From the NCBI GenBank assembly GCA_038244685.1, contig JBBRTD010000003.1, positions 3,944 through 67,943 of the forward strand: a stretch of 64,000 nucleotides of DNA. The letters run 5' to 3'. The translations under genes and the position numbers were made by a program. Under the pieces are notes generated by a model. The model searched no databases, was not told the DNA's origin, and saw nothing but the letters and a program-made list of their open reading frames with translations. Origin of the DNA: Minisyncoccia bacterium (GTDB lineage Bacteria > Patescibacteriota > Minisyncoccia > Phycocordibacterales > UBA9973). Shown here piece by piece: positions 63,086 to 64,000 of this stretch. Position 1 is the first letter of the stretch. Each line of letters opens with the position of its first letter.

Positions 63086-63574
63086 TTAATTTAGGTTAAA
63101 CAATTTCACTTTTAATTTTGATGCATAAACTCCAGCATCATCAGAAAGGGAACCAATAGTTTTTGTCATAGCTTGAACCTTTAAATCGAGATAAAGAAAG
63201 TACGGCACTCCCTGCATTTTAGGAAATACGATTATTTCAAGAGACACCAGTTCTTCTGGCGTCTTATTCTCAAATATATATGGTTCAACAATTCCGGAAG
63301 AATAAATTTTTCCAGAATACAGTGTAGAGAGTTTGTCGTAAGAAATTAATCCGCGACCACTCTTTTGTTTCTCGTTTCTTTGAAATACCATTTCATCTGG
63401 TATGCCAAAGAATTTTACTTTTTTCGGTCCAAATAAATTTTGACCGATCAAAGCTCTAATTACACCTTCACTTTTTCCTCCAGGAGCGTTGACGTTAGTC
63501 AACTTAAGCTCTTGTTGGGAAAAGCACATAATAGGTATTAATAGAAATAAAAATAAAAAACTTTTTTTGCCCAT
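63086..63574 (-). CDS. Secreted pilin/WxL-like protein
   Basis: Signal peptide ending ...CFS-QQ and a C-terminal DAGVYASKLKVKL beta-strand motif. Confidence 0.55.
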   Translation of the reverse strand: MGKKSFLFLFLLIPIMCFSQQELKLTNVNAPGGKSEGVIRALIGQNLFGPKKVKFFGIPDEMVFQRNEKQKSGRGLISYDKLSTLYSGKIYSSGIVEPYIFENKTPEELVSLEIIVFPKMQGVPYFLYLDLKVQAMTKTIGSLSDDAGVYASKLKVKLFNLN

Positions 63575-63618
63575 TTTTTAAGTTTTAATTTAATTTTCAA
63601 ATAATTTTACTTTGTCGT

Positions 63619-63647
63619 ATTATACAATATTATATATAAAATGTCAA
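63619..63647 (-). promoter_or_regulatory. Consensus sigma70 promoter for the three-gene secretin operon
   Basis: TTGACA-17 nt-TATAAT on the minus strand. Confidence 0.75.
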
Positions 63648-63660
63648 TAGATACAACGAA

Positions 63661-63692
63661 AAAAGACACCTCGATAAATTGAGATGTCTTTT
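63661..63692 (-). terminator. Intrinsic terminator after the upstream partial gene
   Basis: Minus strand aaaagacatctc-aatttatc-gaggtgtctttt. Confidence 0.7.
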
Positions 63693-63709
63693 AAGATTAC
63701 TTCAGAGCT

Positions 63710-64000
63710 TTATAGCTGAGAAGTTAAAACAATTTTCATCATGGCCTTATACTTTCCGGCATCAGCTGAGTTAATAGCTGTGTAAGCTGAGTTAATAGCG
63801 GTTTGACGAACTGGTACAACTGTACCACCACCTGCAGCAGCTGGTTCATTTTCTGTGTTTACCAGTGCTTTAACCTTAAGAAAGATTTGACCATTGTGAG
63901 GGGCTTCACTGTAAGTTTCGCTTAAAGGAAATTGTCCAGCGTAAACTTTTGTTGCTCCAACACTTGATACACCAAAGTAATCTGATACAGAATTGGCAAC
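63710..64000 (-). CDS. 3' end of a probable pilin/WxL-like subunit (5'-truncated, not in the ORF track)
   Basis: Open frame VANSVSDYFGVSS...GQIFLKVKALVNTE...TAINSAYTAINSADAGKYKAMMKIVLTSQL*, with the same C-terminal motif as the 162-aa neighbour. Confidence 0.65.
   Translation of the reverse strand, partial: VANSVSDYFGVSSVGATKVYAGQFPLSETYSEAPHNGQIFLKVKALVNTENEPAAAGGGTVVPVRQTAINSAYTAINSADAGKYKAMMKIVLTSQL

Noticed and set aside
60584-63574. Filamentous prophage (pIV secretin)
   Set aside because: No Zot-like pI ATPase, rolling-circle Rep or tiny coat genes are visible, and the neighbours are secreted Ig-fold proteins. Sequence beyond the window edge cannot be excluded.

Overview
AT-rich bacterial chromosomal segment using the standard genetic code (TGA is a stop in ATGA gene overlaps). 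Gene content points to Patescibacteria/CPR, probably Parcubacteria; this is inferred from the short archaeal-type AspRS with GatB, split transketolase, short ATP synthase delta, near absence of Shine-Dalgarno sites and giant peptidoglycan-binding surface proteins. Most of the window is housekeeping: cysS, trpS, aspS, gltX, gatB, dnaB, recR, scpAB, mraY-ftsW-murG, gap/rpiB/rpe/tkt/pfkB/fba, rplU/rplY/rpmE, prfA, a complete F1Fo ATP synthase operon, rarA, alkD, lexA, tRNA-Leu(TAA) and tRNA-Ile(GAT). Three accessory loci stand out. (1) 742-7133: a tightly coupled operon of a ThiF adenylyltransferase, a Leu/Phe dehydrogenase, a PaaK-like ligase, a nitroreductase-fold oxidase and a 7TM histidine kinase, a candidate small-molecule signal synthesis and sensing system. 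(2) 36210-48146: a ~2945-codon beta-propeller/FN3 surface protein broken by one in-frame TGA at a conserved Gly, followed by a subtilisin with the same C-terminal anchor. (3) 60584-64000: a lipoprotein secretin, a DUF916/pilus-chaperone-like Ig protein and two pilin/WxL-like subunits, a candidate secretin-exported fibre system in a lineage thought to lack an outer membrane. Also seen are pervasive leaderless-type promoters, a LexA-box-like operator, a structured leader before an RRM gene and a palindromic insert at the atpD 3' end. All calls come from motif reading; no database searches were run.
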